Shown here: one piece after another, positions 1-15,460 of the stretch | Layout of the letters: each line of letters opens with the position of its first letter | Position numbering within the stretch: position 1 is the first letter of the stretch | Source of the DNA: the human T2T-CHM13v2.0 reference genome, Homo sapiens | Reading direction: 5' to 3' (one strand) | NCBI RefSeq assembly: GCF_009914755.1 | Contig: NC_060932.1 | Length of the DNA: 64,000 nucleotides | Notes under the pieces: generated by a model | Databases searched by the model: none | What the model was told of the DNA's origin: nothing | The model's input: the letters and a program-made list of their open reading frames with translations, nothing else | Position numbers and translations under genes: made by a program

Positions 1-218
1 TCCCAGGCTCAAGCCATCCTCCCACCTCAGCCTCTTAGTAGCTGAGACTTCAGGTGCACGCCACCATGCCTGGCTATTTTTTTTTTTTAATTATTATTTG
101 CAGAGACAGAGTCTCACTGTATTGCCCAGGCTGGTCCTGAACTGCTAAGCTCAAGCAATCCTTCCGCCTCTGCCTCCCAAAGTGTTGGGGTTACATGTGA
201 GAGCCACCAGGCTCAGCC
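1..218 (-). mobile_element. Alu (AluJ-like), cut by window start
   Basis: Antisense Alu sequence with J-type 'ggctcaagcaatcc' motifs, T-rich linker, ends 'gctcagcc'. Confidence 0.85.
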
Positions 219-224
219 CACCAT

Positions 225-1120
<896 letters not shown>

Positions 1121-1134
1121 GTCAGGTCGTGTCA

Positions 1135-1480
1135 GCCTGGAGTGCTGGTGCATGCCTGTACTCTCAGCTACTCAGGAGGCTGAGGCAGGAGGGTCACTTG
1201 AGCATGGGAGTTCAAGGCTACAATTAGCTATGACTGCACTTGTGAATAGCCACTGCAAGGCTGAGCCCGGTAGCTCACTCCTGTAATCCCAGCACTTGGG
1301 GAGGCCAAGGCAGGCAGATCACTTGAGGTCAGGAGTTTGAGACCAGCCTGGCCAACAAGATAAAACCCCGTCTCTACTAGAAATACAAAAAAAGAAAAAA
1401 GAAAAAATAGCCACTGCACTCCAGCCTGGGCAACATAGCAAGACCCCATCTCTGAAATATAAAAGAAAAATAATGAAAAT
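1135..1480 (+). mobile_element. FAM-type Alu monomer interrupted by an AluS left-arm-only insertion (1259-1405)
   Basis: FAM/7SL-type 'gtgaatagccactgcactccagcctgggcaacatagc'; 13-bp TSD aatagccactgca at 1245-1257 and 1406-1418. Confidence 0.8.
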
Positions 1481-1504
1481 ATATATATGAAATTCAAAAA
1501 AAAT

Positions 1505-1795
1505 TGTTGAGAGAAGGTGTCACTCTGTCATTCAGACTGGAGCGCAGTGGCACAATCATGGCTCAGTGCAGCCTCAACCTCCTAGGCTCAAGTGATCATC
1601 CTGCCTGAGCCTCCAGAGTAGCTGAGACTACAGGTGCATACCACCACATTCAGCTAATTTTTTTATTTTTATTTTTTGTAGAGATGAGTTCTTGCTATGT
1701 TGCCTAGGCTGGTCTCAAACTCCTGAGCTCAAGCAATTCTCCTGCCTTGGCTTCCCAAAATGCTGGGATTATAGGTGTGAGCCACCGTGCCTGGC
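1505..1795 (-). mobile_element. AluJ
   Basis: Antisense dimeric Alu with J-type motifs. Confidence 0.85.
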
Positions 1796-2105
1796 TTAAA
1801 ATAAATTTTTTTAAATCCTATGTTGTTACCTGGGCCTGTGATGCACCCAACCTGACCTCTTTGTTCCTGAACAACGCAAGCAAGTCCTTTACACCTGCCC
1901 TTCCTGCCACCTGCATGATCTGCCCCAGGAGTCTGCAGCTCCTTTGCTCCTTTCAGATTTTTATTCAGATTTCACCTTCTCTGAAAGGCATCCCCAATAA
2001 TCTAATCTAATAAAATTAGATTAGATCTAATAAAATAATCTAATAAAATTAGACCCAATTAAGGTCTAATTTTAAATTGAAAAAAAAAAATGCCCCACTG
2101 TTCTT

Positions 2106-2330
2106 TGTAGTGGGTTGGATGGTGGCTCCCGCAAAAATATATCTACATCTTAACACCTGGAATCTATGATTGTGCCCTTATTTGGGAAGACGGTCGTTGT
2201 AGATTAAATTAAGTTATGGGTCTTGAGATGAGATCATCTCAGATTATCCAGGTGGACCCTAAATCCGGTATGTGCCGATAAAAGACAGAAGAGAAGACAC
2301 AGAGACCCAGAAGGAGAGGCCATGTGAAGA
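2106..2330 (+). mobile_element. MLT1 (MaLR) LTR fragment
   Basis: 'tgtagtgggttggatggtggctcc...cttgagatgagatcatc...ggaccctaaatcc' resembles the MLT1 5' half. Confidence 0.7.
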
Positions 2331-4956
2331 TATATCACTATCCAATATAAAATTTATTTATCAAGTGTATTGACTTTCTACCCTACTAATCTATAAGCTA
2401 AGGAAAGCAGAGATGAACGGTTTTGGTGACTGCTGTATTCCCAGCATCTAGAACAATAGCTGGGACCTGATAAGTGTTCCATAAACATTCATTGATTAAG
2501 AAAACAAATAGATGAATAAATGAATGAGTGACAGGTCCCCAAATATAGTGTCTGAGTAAATAGGAGAATTGTGGATCTACTGATAAACACATAGAAAGAA
2601 ATCATAAACAGGATTGAGATGGAGCTAGCTACACAAGGTCCACTTGGTAGTTGGTCAGTTTGCTGTGACAGAAGTACCAGTTGAAATCTATCTGCTTTCC
2701 CTAATTTAGGATTCATTTGTCCAGCCAGCTCTAAAATAATTTTGAAAGATTTACACTGTTACCTTAATAAGGTAATTAATAAGACAAAAACAGAAGAAAC
2801 ATGACAGGTGTTGGAGATACTGAACGGATGTTTGGGTGAAATGTCAGTGTCAAAGATACATAGATTAATAATTAAATTTCAAGTATATCTCCTTCAAAAT
2901 CCTATTTTAGCCAGCCTCTCTTGCACCAGACATTTTATTCTCTGAGTTCAAAATTGATTTGTTGATTGACTGATGGATTGATTTCACCTCCAATGCTTTC
3001 CCCCTTCTATATACCATGGCAATTCTTGTGCTCAGGAAGGCAGCAAAGACTCAAATTTTACAAAGGACAAGGGAAGTCCAATAGATCTAGAAGGTCAGCA
3101 AATCCAGAGGAGACACTGAAGCTGCAGAACTTCCCCCAGCAGCACTGGCCTTGGAGCACATGTCCTCATCAAGAGATGCCCTTAGCCTGAGCCCTGCAGC
3201 AGGAGGGAGACTCTGAGGGGCCTGCACATGCTTCAGGACACATAGGACTGGGTGTGGGGTCAGGATGCAATTCCAACCTTGGCCCACCTTAATTCCCCAC
3301 CCTTTGCACCTCTATTTAATGAGGTACTTCTACCAGTGAGGATGCTTTCCAAAATAATTTTTTCCCATTTTATAAATGTTCCCCTCACTTTTTGAACAAA
3401 AATAATCTCATAATAGTTCATAGGTCTTAAAGGTAGAATAGATCTCACCTGCCTGCATGCGTTTGAAGTTTTAGGACATCTTTCAAATGGTACAGTGGCA
3501 GTGAGAGAGATACATATGGGAGTTCATTTTCCTTGTTTACTTTGTGTGATCTGTAGAGTCTCAGTGATCTTGCAGAAGCCAAAAGGCCCTCATGGTTAGC
3601 ATTTGGTCCTACTGCTTTCACAGAAGTGCAGTTATGCAGCAGTCACTGGCCCTGTGCTGGGCTCAGAACACCCCATCTTCTTGCCAGCCTGTAGGAGGCA
3701 GCCCGTCTTCACCACACAGCTTCCACCTGAGCCTCAAAGTGTTTTTGAAACCATCAGAGCTGAAAAACAGCCCTCATAAAATCTGAGAAAATGTTAGCTT
3801 CATGGATGAAATCTGTATTTGGCATTGATTTTTTAATGGGCATTGAGTGATGAGATGAAACATTTTCTTGCAGTATCTGGTATATATTTTGTATCTCAAT
3901 ACTCTGACATGTAATAAAACCATTTTTTATTTTTTTAATTCTGAGTTTATTTTAATTCTGAAGTTAAACCAAAACAAAAAAACTTGAATTGCTCTTAATT
4001 ACTGTATTTTTCACCATGAGTATTAGATTGTACTAGTATATTTCGCATAGCTTTGAGGTTATTAACACCTTCTTTATGACAGAAATGTTTTTGCTTTATT
4101 TAAATAAAATGCCTAGCACCTATTGTGGAAGGAAAGTGACTTCTGAATTCTCAAAACATTTACAGGTAAAAGCAGTCAGTGCAGACTGTTCCTGTACACT
4201 TCTCGAAAGAAAGAAGCATTCCTTTATAAGACATTTAGCCACAGACCTGATGACAAATTAAGACCCCCTTGGGACCAAATTGTGGGAGTAATTTTCCACC
4301 AAAAAAAAGAAATAGACATATTTTATTATTTATATTTTCCTTTCTGTGGAAAATATATTGTTTATATATTACATAGTCATATTAAACCTGACTTCTCAGA
4401 CCACATTTTAAAAATAGATTGCAGTCGTTTTATTGCACGTGTTCTGTATTCACACAAGTCAGAATTTTGTGTATTTGTTTCTCATAAACATCATGCTTTG
4501 ACCCACTGGAAAGCAAGACTGTGAAGTGACACATGACTCCTGAGCAGGGGCTGCATGCGAGGCATTGAGAGACTTCTCAGAGCTCCCCATGAGCTGAGCT
4601 GGCTGCCTGCTCCAGGAGTAATCAGGACCTACCCTATGGAGCTAGAGTTTCATCCCTCTGGGCATGTGCTAAATCACACTAATTCACACAATGCTCCTAA
4701 GGGGTGACAATTAATGCACTGTCTCTTCGGGGGCACTTGTATTGCTTACAATGAGTGGATCCCTAACTGGCATGACATGAATCCCAGGGCTATCCCTAAG
4801 CCTAGAGGAGAAATTCATAGACAGGACATCTCTAACTCTTGTTGAAGGTTTTCTTGCCTGACTTCAAAACTGCGTCTGACCACAGAATCATTACTCGCCA
4901 CCCTGAGAGCTGGAGCCATGAGCTAATCTCAGACGAGTGCAACCACAAGGTAGCTA

Positions 4957-5253
4957 CTTTTTTTTTTTTTTTTTTGAGATGGAGTCTGTCTCTGTCGCCC
5001 AGGCTGGAGTGCAGTGGAACCATCACAGCTCACAGCAGCCTCGACCTCCTAGGCTCAACCAATCCTCCCATCTCTCAGCCTCCCAAGTAGCTGGAACTAC
5101 AGGCATACACCACCTCACCTGGCTAATTTTTGTATTTTTTGTAGATACAGGTTTCACCATGTTGCCCAAGTTGCTCTCAAACTCCTGGGCTTAAGGGATA
5201 CACCTGGCTTCCCAAAGTGCTAGGATTACAGGCATGAGCCACAGCACGCAGCC
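4957..5253 (-). mobile_element. AluJ
   Basis: Poly(T) followed by antisense Alu body. Confidence 0.9.
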
Positions 5254-8200
5254 CTAAATTTCATTCTGGTTAAATTGCACGTTTAGAGTGTCCAATTAGA
5301 ATAATCTGTAATCCATTTCCACGTGGCCATCAGTTGCTAAATCTTAAATCTGTGTCATTGGACAAGTTTTTGATTTCCCTAAACCCATTTGTTCTTGCGT
5401 AAACTGAGGATAATATTGGCAGGGATTTTGTAATTAGAGTAATGCTAAGATCTTAGCACAGAGCCTGGAACACAGAAAAAGCCCACCAAATGGTAGCTAG
5501 TATCATTTCGTGTTATGAGTTGAAACTAATTAGTTCTAGAGTCATCACATCTCAGACCAGAAGGGACCTTCCTGGTCTCCCAGTCCAACCGCGACTCTCC
5601 AACACGCAGCCAAGCAGTCGTGTCTGTGCAGGACAGCTTCCAAGATACTCAGCATTTGACATAAAACTCTTCCATTGGGACTATTGCCAATAGCGGTGAG
5701 GAGGAGGGAAAGTGGTGTGAAGGCATATTTGCCAGAACGGGCTGTATGAAAATATAACCTGACTTTTCTTGCACAGTTGGATTTCTGAGCACAGAAGTGT
5801 TGCAAGTTATCCTACTGGAATGGAATGTAAACTACAGTCTAAGGTGTTACTTTGTGAAAGGCACTTTGAAAACAAACCCCCTCTCATATCTCTTATAAAC
5901 CACAGCTGTTAAAATCCAGAGGTACCCAGTTAGGTAGTACAGATTTCTTTCCAACACAACTAATAAATGAGAGACTGCTCTGAAAACCTCGGCATGCATC
6001 ACTTAAGCCTGGGAGCTGCACAGTGACACTCAGCTGGTGCCTGGCACCAGCAGAGATTATCATTGAAGCATTGAAGGTTACGCCAGGAATCACAACATTG
6101 CCACCTGCATTCTGGCTGGGAATCACAAGCCTGCCAGGAAAAGTCGATGCAAGCCCTCCATGTCCTTCCTCAGTGCCAGGGGCTGGAGGACACTGTTAGG
6201 GATCAGCTTCACCCCCCACCTGCAATTCGACCTTGTTCTTGAGTCATTGTCCTCCCCGAGCCTAAGGTGTTCACTCACCAACAGGTGACAATTGTGAGCA
6301 CCTGCCTTCCCTACCTGATTATTAAGGGCTTTAATGAATTTCATTTTCATAAAGTGTTTTCATATCCTTGACAGAACATTTCTATCCCAGTGTAGGGGAA
6401 AAGCCATTATCATTATTGACCTCAGAGTCAAAAGAGAGATACTTTTTCAGCCTTCCTTACTAATAAAATTGTAGTATCAAATGTTTATATAATGCTTTTC
6501 ATCATAGACACAAACACAAAATTTTAAAGTTCACAATTTTGGAATATGAATTTGCTGCATTATTCAAGGTTGCCAGTTACAGTAGAGTTGCTCTAATGAT
6601 TCCAAGTGCAGATGGCCAGAGCTGGCCTCAGATTCTCAGTTCATTAAACAGTCCTTCCTTTGACCAACAGCCCTCTCATTGTAAGGCCGCCTGGGTCTCA
6701 GCTGATGTCAAAAGCCCCATTCTACCCTGGGTGGATTGTTCACATAAAGGATCCCCATACATATTCTGCTGCAGATAGGGATGGGGCTGGCTCTGCAGAT
6801 GTCGCTGCCTCCAGCACTGTCACTTTTGCTCATCACACGATCTTGGGTCTCTTTCCAGAGACTTGCACAAAGCTCAATTCAGAGTTTGCCTGTGACTGAT
6901 GCACACTTGGCCTGCAGATGGACAGAGGAGGAGGAAAAGGCATCCCAGTGTTCTTCCCCGTTTGCCTGGGAAAGCTTGGGAATTCTTGGCCTCTTTAACA
7001 GCTTCGACTCAGGCTGAAAAACAAATCAGAAAGTTGCCAATGGTTTCATTCAGTCTACGAAACTGGGTTAATGTGACTCTGTGAGTGAAGCCATCAACGC
7101 ACAAAAGTCAGGAAACCCAAGATTGCCATTCCCACCGCCCACGGAGGCTCTCTGCACAGGTGACCCTGTGTCCCTGCTGGGGCGCCAGACTGCATCCTTG
7201 GCAAAGCACAGAGCCACTGGGCCAGTCATCCTAGGAGTACATCAGCCTTTGGGGACTTAGTCATGGGGAAAACGGTCTCTGCATTCATGGTACTGTAATT
7301 TCAACTCTTAAATATATTCATTTGTTTTTAAATTGACTTTTAAATGCAGTATCATATATTTACTGAAAAGTGCACAAATGCTCAATGAGCACCTCACTGA
7401 ATTTATACAACATGAATACACCCATGGAATCAATAACCAGGCAAGAAATCAAGCACTGCCAACACCCAAGGAGGCCCCCATCAGCCTCTTCCCCATCTCT
7501 AATATGATGATAAAACCTGACTATAAACATTAACAAAGGAATGGGATGTAAATAGACTCTGGAACTCTAGAAGAGATTAGAAAATCTTATTTGAAACTAT
7601 CTTCTGAAATTGAGATTCCTGGGAACACTGGCAGACGTTGCTATCATTAGAATTCTCACCCAGCTAGCAGAATAAAGGGTGTAGTTACCCTGAAAAATTC
7701 CACAGGCACTATCTCCAGAGATGGCTGTATAGCACCTGTGCCCTTTCTTCCGATAGGCAGATACTCCCAGTAGAGGAAACACACGTGACACGTGTTCCCA
7801 CCCAAGGACACCATGAGAAGCTCTGCAGAGCAGGTCAGTGCTGACTCCACCCTGGGCCTCTGAGTCAGATGTCAGGCCTGGCCATGTAAATTTCAAAAAC
7901 TTCCCAAAGAGATTCTGAAGTGCATCCCTGGGTGAGAACAACTCTCTCAAAGTGTTATTCATTTTGTTATTTCATTACACACTTTCCAAGCCCATTCCCT
8001 CTGACAACAAAAGAATGAAACCCAGCAAAGGTGCAGGAAGGGGGTCAGGTGAGTTTCTTCTCCCCCCTTCCTTACTTCATCTGGGCTGATTTTGCCTAAT
8101 CAAAATCGCTCCAATCACCCACAGAACTGGTCAAAATCCCAACCTCCAGAGATCAGCTCCTTTTTGTATGTAACTCCAGGCCTTTGCCTGCATCTAAAAT

Positions 8201-8342
8201 GCTCTCTTCCTCTTCTCCACATAGCAAACTCCTACATGTTCTGCAAAATCCAGGCTAATTGTCTCCACTTTGTGTTTCCTGACTTAGTCCTTCTGTGCGC
8301 CCTAATAACCCATTAAAGGCCTCTTTACAGTTATCAATGGCT

Positions 8343-8612
8343 TTTTTTTTTTTTTTTTTTTGAGACGGAGTCTCACTCTGTCACCCAGGCTGGAGTGCAG
8401 TGGCGCGATCTCGGCTCACTGCAACCTCCTCAGCCTCCCGAGTAGCTGGAATTACAGGCTGGTGCCACCACGCCTGGCTAATTTTTGTATTTTTAGTGGA
8501 GACAGGGTTTCACCATGTTGGTCAGGCTGGTCTCAAACACCTGACCTCGTGATCCACCTGTCTTGGCCTCCCAAAGTGGTGGGATTACAGGCATGAGCCA
8601 CTGCGCCCAGCC
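8343..8612 (-). mobile_element. AluS with internal deletion
   Basis: Poly(T), Alu body, TSD atcaatggc on both sides. Confidence 0.9.
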
Positions 8613-9577
8613 ATCAATGGCCTCTTCACAATTCTTGGCATATCACATTGTAATGACCTTTTGTGCTGCCTGTACCACCAAATAGACTGAGATTTTCCTC
8701 TTTCCACCTCTGCATTCTCATGGCCTAGAATGAACCCTGGAATATGCTAAATAAATAAATGATGGATGTATGCATGGATGGATGGATACTTAGAAGTGCT
8801 TTGTAAAGTGCAAACCATTCCATTTCCATCCACTCTATAACTCTCACACATAAACGGATATCTGGAACTCAAACATCCCTTTTTCCCTAGACTCCATCCT
8901 TCTCACCCTCCAAGTAGAGACCCAATTCTTTTTCATTTCAACAGGAACTAGAAACTCTACACCTTCACTATGTATTATAATTGTCAGCAAAATTTTATCT
9001 TTCTTTTCAGCATCATTATTCTCTGAGACTTACTTCCAAAGTCTAGCATTACCATGGGCCTTTTGCCTCTCTCTTTTACCCTAAAAAGCAAACATGGAGC
9101 AAATAGGCCTCTTGGGTTGGGGGTTGGAGGGGGTGGGGTTCCACCCAGGGAACAATGGCATCAAGGCCAACCCAAGCATGCATTGTGGCTCAGCAGGTGG
9201 TTCAGTGGCTACTGCGTGTATATACACAGCAGTGGATTTCTTGGGAAGACTAAGCTACAGCCAGCCCCTTAGGTGACAGTGAGCTGAGAGTTCTACACAT
9301 AGAGCTGCCCCACAGTGGCTGGTGGTTTCCTTTATGGAGGAAATGTTTTGGAATCCCAGTCCTAGCATGTGATGGTTTTCCTACATTCCAAGAGCAGCCA
9401 TGTGGCAGAGGCATGCTCAGAATAAGGCATTTGAGCAAAAATGGAGTAAAAACTGTAAAGTTAGAGGGAGAGGGAATTGAACAGCTGGAGATACGGGATA
9501 TTAACTAAGATGTGTCTTAAAGTGATATGAATGAGGGTGTTCCTTACCATGGGAAACCAGTGTGGGAAGGTTTAAAC

Positions 9578-9890
9578 AGCCATGGTGGCTCACACCTGTA
9601 ATCCCAGCACTTTGGGAGGCCGAGGCAGGTGGATCACTTGAGGTCAGGAGCTCAAGAGCAGCATGGCCAACATGGCAAAACCCTGTCTCTACTAAAAACA
9701 AAAAATTAGCTGGGCATGCTGGTGGGTGCCTGTAATCACAGCTTCTTGGGAGGCTGAGGCAGGAGAATCACTTGAACCCAGGAGGAGGAGGGTGCAGTGA
9801 ACCAAAATCGTGCCACTGCACTCCAGCCCAGGCGACAGAGACTCTGTCTCAAAAAATAAATAAATAAAATAAAACAAACAAAAAAGAAAG
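9578..9890 (+). mobile_element. AluS
   Basis: Dimeric Alu with A-rich tail. Confidence 0.9.
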
Positions 9891-10531
9891 CATGTAAATA
9901 GCATCATTAACAATATGTCAGAATTTCACATTAGAATAATGCCAGAGCTTGACAAAATATTAGAGACCACATACATCAAACCCATAATTTTATATAAGGC
10001 AACTGAATTACCAAGACAAACCACGAACAACTTTCATAGCAGGGTCAATCATGATATCCATTTTATAGTCCAATTTGAATGTTATTCAGACCTACCCAAC
10101 CTCAAAAATTCCCACCTGGTGTCTGTTATGATGTCTTATGTATTCCCAACATTTTTTTCATTTCTTTGAGGAACAATATCTTGTTTCCAGAAAGTGCACA
10201 TTAAAAACAAATCTGTTGTCAAATTGAATGGCAGTCCACAAAGTAAATGTCCTGTACTCTAAAAGTCAAGGTCATAAAAGTTAAAAACAAAAAGGCTGAT
10301 GAACTGTTCCAGACAGAAGAAAGACAGAGAGACATGACAGCAAAATGAAATGTGAAACCCCAGGTTGGATATTGGCTCCTGGACCAGGAAAAGAACCATT
10401 TTCTTTTCCTAAAAAGTACATAAGAGAAACAGTTAATACAATTCAAATAAGATCTATAGATTAAATGCATCAATTTCCTGATTTTATCATTATAGAGGAG
10501 AATGATCTTGTTTTTGGAGAAGACACACTGA

Positions 10532-11009
<478 letters not shown>

Positions 11010-11865
11010 TAGAAGTGGTTACACACATGGCTTAACACCTCCAGTGCCCTTCATTTCCTCAGCTGAGGGTGTGAAGAAAAATACTAGTGGCCAACACTCA
11101 CGAAAACCTTCGTCAGTGCCAGGCACTGCTTCAAGCGCCCCACCTGCATTACCAACAACCTTTTACAAATGAGAAGACCAAGGCACAGAGAGTGAAGCAA
11201 TTTGCTCAAGGTCACATAGCTGAGTGTCACCAAAACTGAACCACTCCCTTATACCATGTCTCAGGTCCTAGCATTTCTGTGAAACATAAATGAAATATGT
11301 CAAGCACTGAATTTAGAGCCCATGGGAAGGAAGTGCTTGGTAGAGGTTAGCTTAATCATCAGTGTTAACTTCACCACCACCATGAGTGAAAGATATGCCG
11401 CAGTACCCAGACCATTGGCTGGACCCTAAGTCCTCAGAGCTAAAGTTCCTTTCCTCGCTAACTGTTGTGCAGAGTTTCATCAAATCATGCAATCCGTAAG
11501 CTAAACCCCAGATATCTCAGAAGAGCTAAAACAAAACTAGGAGTAACAAGTGAATATCTTCTTTCTTGTAGCAATCGATAACTTTGTAGGTTGGTTTCAT
11601 AAAACTTGGCTGCGTGATTCATTTAGACTTGAGGATATTTTCCAAACTATTTGGATTCCTTTTTAGGACACCACAAAACTGGGGGCGGGGGGAAGATTTA
11701 TAGTCAGTCATAACTGTGGTATAGATATTTCAGACATGTATTTGGGCTTTTCTCTAGAAATCATGCTAATATATCTTGTCTAGTAAAAGATACTGGATGC
11801 CATTCACACAAGTCACTTTTCTGTTTTTTAAGATTTTTGGTTCCTTACAGAGTGGACTTTAATGG

Positions 11866-12248
11866 TGTATTAGTCCATTTTCACACTGCTATAAAGAACT
11901 ATCTGGGACAGGGTAATTTATGAAGAAGAGGTTTAACTGACTCACTGTTCCACAGGCTTAACAGCGAGCATGACTGGGCGGCCTCAGGAAACTTACAATC
12001 AAGGTGGAAGGTGAGGCGGAAGCAAGCACATCTCACACGGCAGACCGGAGAGAGAGGAAAAGCAAAGAGGAAACTGCCACACACGTTCAAACTACCAGAT
12101 CTCATGAGAACTCACTCACTATCATGGAACAGAAAGGGGAAAGTCCGCCCCCAGGATCCAATCACCTCCCACCCGGTCCCTCCCCCGACACAGGGGGATT
12201 ACAATTTAAGATGAGATTTGGGTGGGGATACAGAGCCAAACCATATCA
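11866..12248 (-). mobile_element. MST (MSTA-like) MaLR solo LTR
   Basis: Ends 'tgtattagtccattttcacactgctataaag' and 'cagagccaaaccatatca'; 5-bp TSD aatgg/gatgg. Confidence 0.85.
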
Positions 12249-12254
12249 GATGGG

Positions 12255-12915
<661 letters not shown>

Positions 12916-12989
12916 TGATGGTTTCTACTTGGTTGGTGCTGATACTGAATGGATGGGTCATCCAGTCATGCTCCTTAAACTCAAAAGGA

Positions 12990-13365
12990 CACTGGATTCG
13001 TCAGCTAGGGCTACTGTAACAAAGCTCCACAGATCAGGTGGCTTAAACAACAGAAATATATATTCTCCAATTTTGGAGGCTAGATACCCAAAATCAAGAC
13101 ATCAGCAGGGTTGTTTCTTCTGTGGCCTCTCTCTTTGGGTCTTCATATGATCTTTCCCCCTCTGTGTGTGTCTGTGTCCTTATCTCCTCTCCATATAAGG
13201 ACACGTGGGATTGCAGTCATGTGGGATTGCAGCCCACCCTAAGAGCCTCATTTCAACTTAATCACCTTTGTAAAAACATCTCCAAATGCAATAAACGTTC
13301 TGAGGTACTGGGGTTAGGACTTCAACATGTGAATTTGGGGTGGGGACCCAATTTCACCCAAAACA
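12990..13365 (-). mobile_element. MLT1A-type MaLR LTR
   Basis: 'gggctactgtaacaaag...gtggcttaaacaacagaaat...ctgaggtactggggttaggacttcaaca'. Confidence 0.8.
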
Positions 13366-14399
13366 GAGACTGAGACAGAGGGGAAGACAGAACCCATACA
13401 CATGTGTCTTCAATTCTAGGCATGAATATTCCCTGGAAGCTCATTGTTTGTGGAACACTATTTCTAGCTTCCGATGCCACCTGTCTCCTCCAAATCAGCC
13501 TCCCTGAGAACTAATTCAACAAAGGGTCCATCCTAGCAAAGTTTTCAGAACCTTCTCTTGCATCTCCATAAACTCCTTCTTGAAGTCCACTGTACATCCC
13601 TTGACATCCCCACCCAGCTGACCCTGCGCCACCATCTTCTAGGGAATTTCCAGTATCCAGGAATACAAGATTCTTGTGCTTAATATGTTGGCATCATTGC
13701 TGCATTCAACGCTCAACCAATATGGCTAAGCAACTTGGAAATAATCCATCCTCTTAATAGCTGATATAATTTTTGTACTTTATTTACTACAAACATTGAA
13801 TTTTTCCTTCAGGCCTCATAGAGAACAGCACTGACAACTTCCAGAAACATATTTGAAATGCCTGACATAGTGTACACAGCTGATGAGAAATGTTCCGAGT
13901 GTGCTGTGACAAAAACGAGGAAAAGTCGACAGGAAATCACTAATCCAAAATGAAAGCTCTCCAAAGCTCCCTGCCACACATCCCGCTTCTGATTGAGGGA
14001 CCCGTGGTCTGCACACCTGCGTGGGCCACTAATCCTCCAAGGGACCACAGGCCTCTGTGTCCATGTCAGTTACACAGGAGTCAAAAATAGACTGTTCTCT
14101 ACTCCCCAAACTATGTAAGGAGGGAAAAATGAGATGGAACTGTAAGAAAAACTTGGGTAAAAGTCAAAATAGTTTAAATAAATTTAATTTTAATTCCTCA
14201 CTGTCGAAACCGACTTAAATACATTGAATTTGTTGTTTTTATTCTGGCATTGTTTACCAGGTTATAAAGATGAGATGGCTCCCACAGTCAAACGTCTGTC
14301 TTCAACTCCATGAAAAGATTTAGAGCTGCGATTTTATTGCCCTTATCCGATCCTTACCGAATTTCCGTGGCTCTGGACTTCCTCCTACACGACAGAAGA

Positions 14400-15460
14400 T
14401 AACCGGGCCACTGAAGAGAAACTCATTTTACTTGTGGGCCGCGTGTAGTAAAATCTGTGACCACCAGGGGGAAGCACAGACCTGGTGCTGCTGTAGACCT
14501 GGTCGCTGGGTGTTCGCGGCGGGATTTCTCCAGCCACAGGGTCCTCCCTTCCCTCCCGGAAAACCTCTCTGCGCTGCAGGAATCTGAAAGTGCTCAGGGG
14601 CTGCGGGCTCTGGCTCTGGTCTGCTGATGGCAGACCTTGCCCTGAGGATGCCCTCCTCCTGCCCAGTGCTGGGCAAGGGACTCCGCCCTGGGAGCTGAGT
14701 CAAAGCCGGACTGGGCTGCCTTTGGTGCTCAAGGTGGTCCCTGAACACCGGCCTGGGGACAGAGACCAGACCCAGGATTCACAGGCCACGCAAGGCATCT
14801 GAACCTGAACTCACAGTCTCCAGGCCCGGGGATCTTTCTGAAGACTCGGGGCAGGAACCAGGCAGCCCAGGGCAGGGGCATCAAAGCCCCTGGTCAGGAG
14901 GGAAGAGGAAGCCCATCGGCCTTGGGAAGATTCTAAAAGCAAACCAGGCTCCATATTGACCTTCCGCTGCACTCGCAGAGCGTTTTCTCCTTCTAATTCA
15001 CTGTTAGCGCGTAAGCCTGGACCAGCACCTCACACCACAGACGAACGAAGGCACTGCAAGACGCCAGCGACCCAAGCAGAAAGCGCTGAGGGAAGGGGCA
15101 GCCCCGCAGGGTGGTCTCCCTGGCTCCCTGTTTGTTGTGAAACACACGCAGCTCCCCGACAGCAGGCAACGCTCGTGGTAAACACAAAACCCCAGCCGGG
15201 AACCAAGACACCATCAGAACCAGGCGACAAGATCCTGTCACAAGGAAAACAGAAGCTCAGCCTGGGTTGCGTTGGTGGGGTGTTGGGGCTGATGCTTCCA
15301 CAGCCCTCTCTTAACTTACCTGGTAACTGGCCCAACTCGTCCTGTCACCCAAAACGGGGTAGATAGGGATCCAAGGAAGCATGGCAGGGACACGCGCAGG
15401 GTGACAGGGCTGAGGTGGCTCTGCACCCAGCTCCCCCTGCAGTTCCCACACACGGGCTTC
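14400..15460. promoter_or_regulatory. CpG-enriched unique segment, candidate promoter/enhancer
   Basis: GC-rich with many retained CpGs outside repeats; CTCF-like ccaccagggggaag at 14461; minus-strand CAG|GTAAGT at 15314-15322. Confidence 0.45.

Noticed and set aside
14428-15366. Several 70-136 aa ORFs in the GC-rich segment
   Set aside because: Overlapping frames on both strands are expected from GC content; no protein homology recognised
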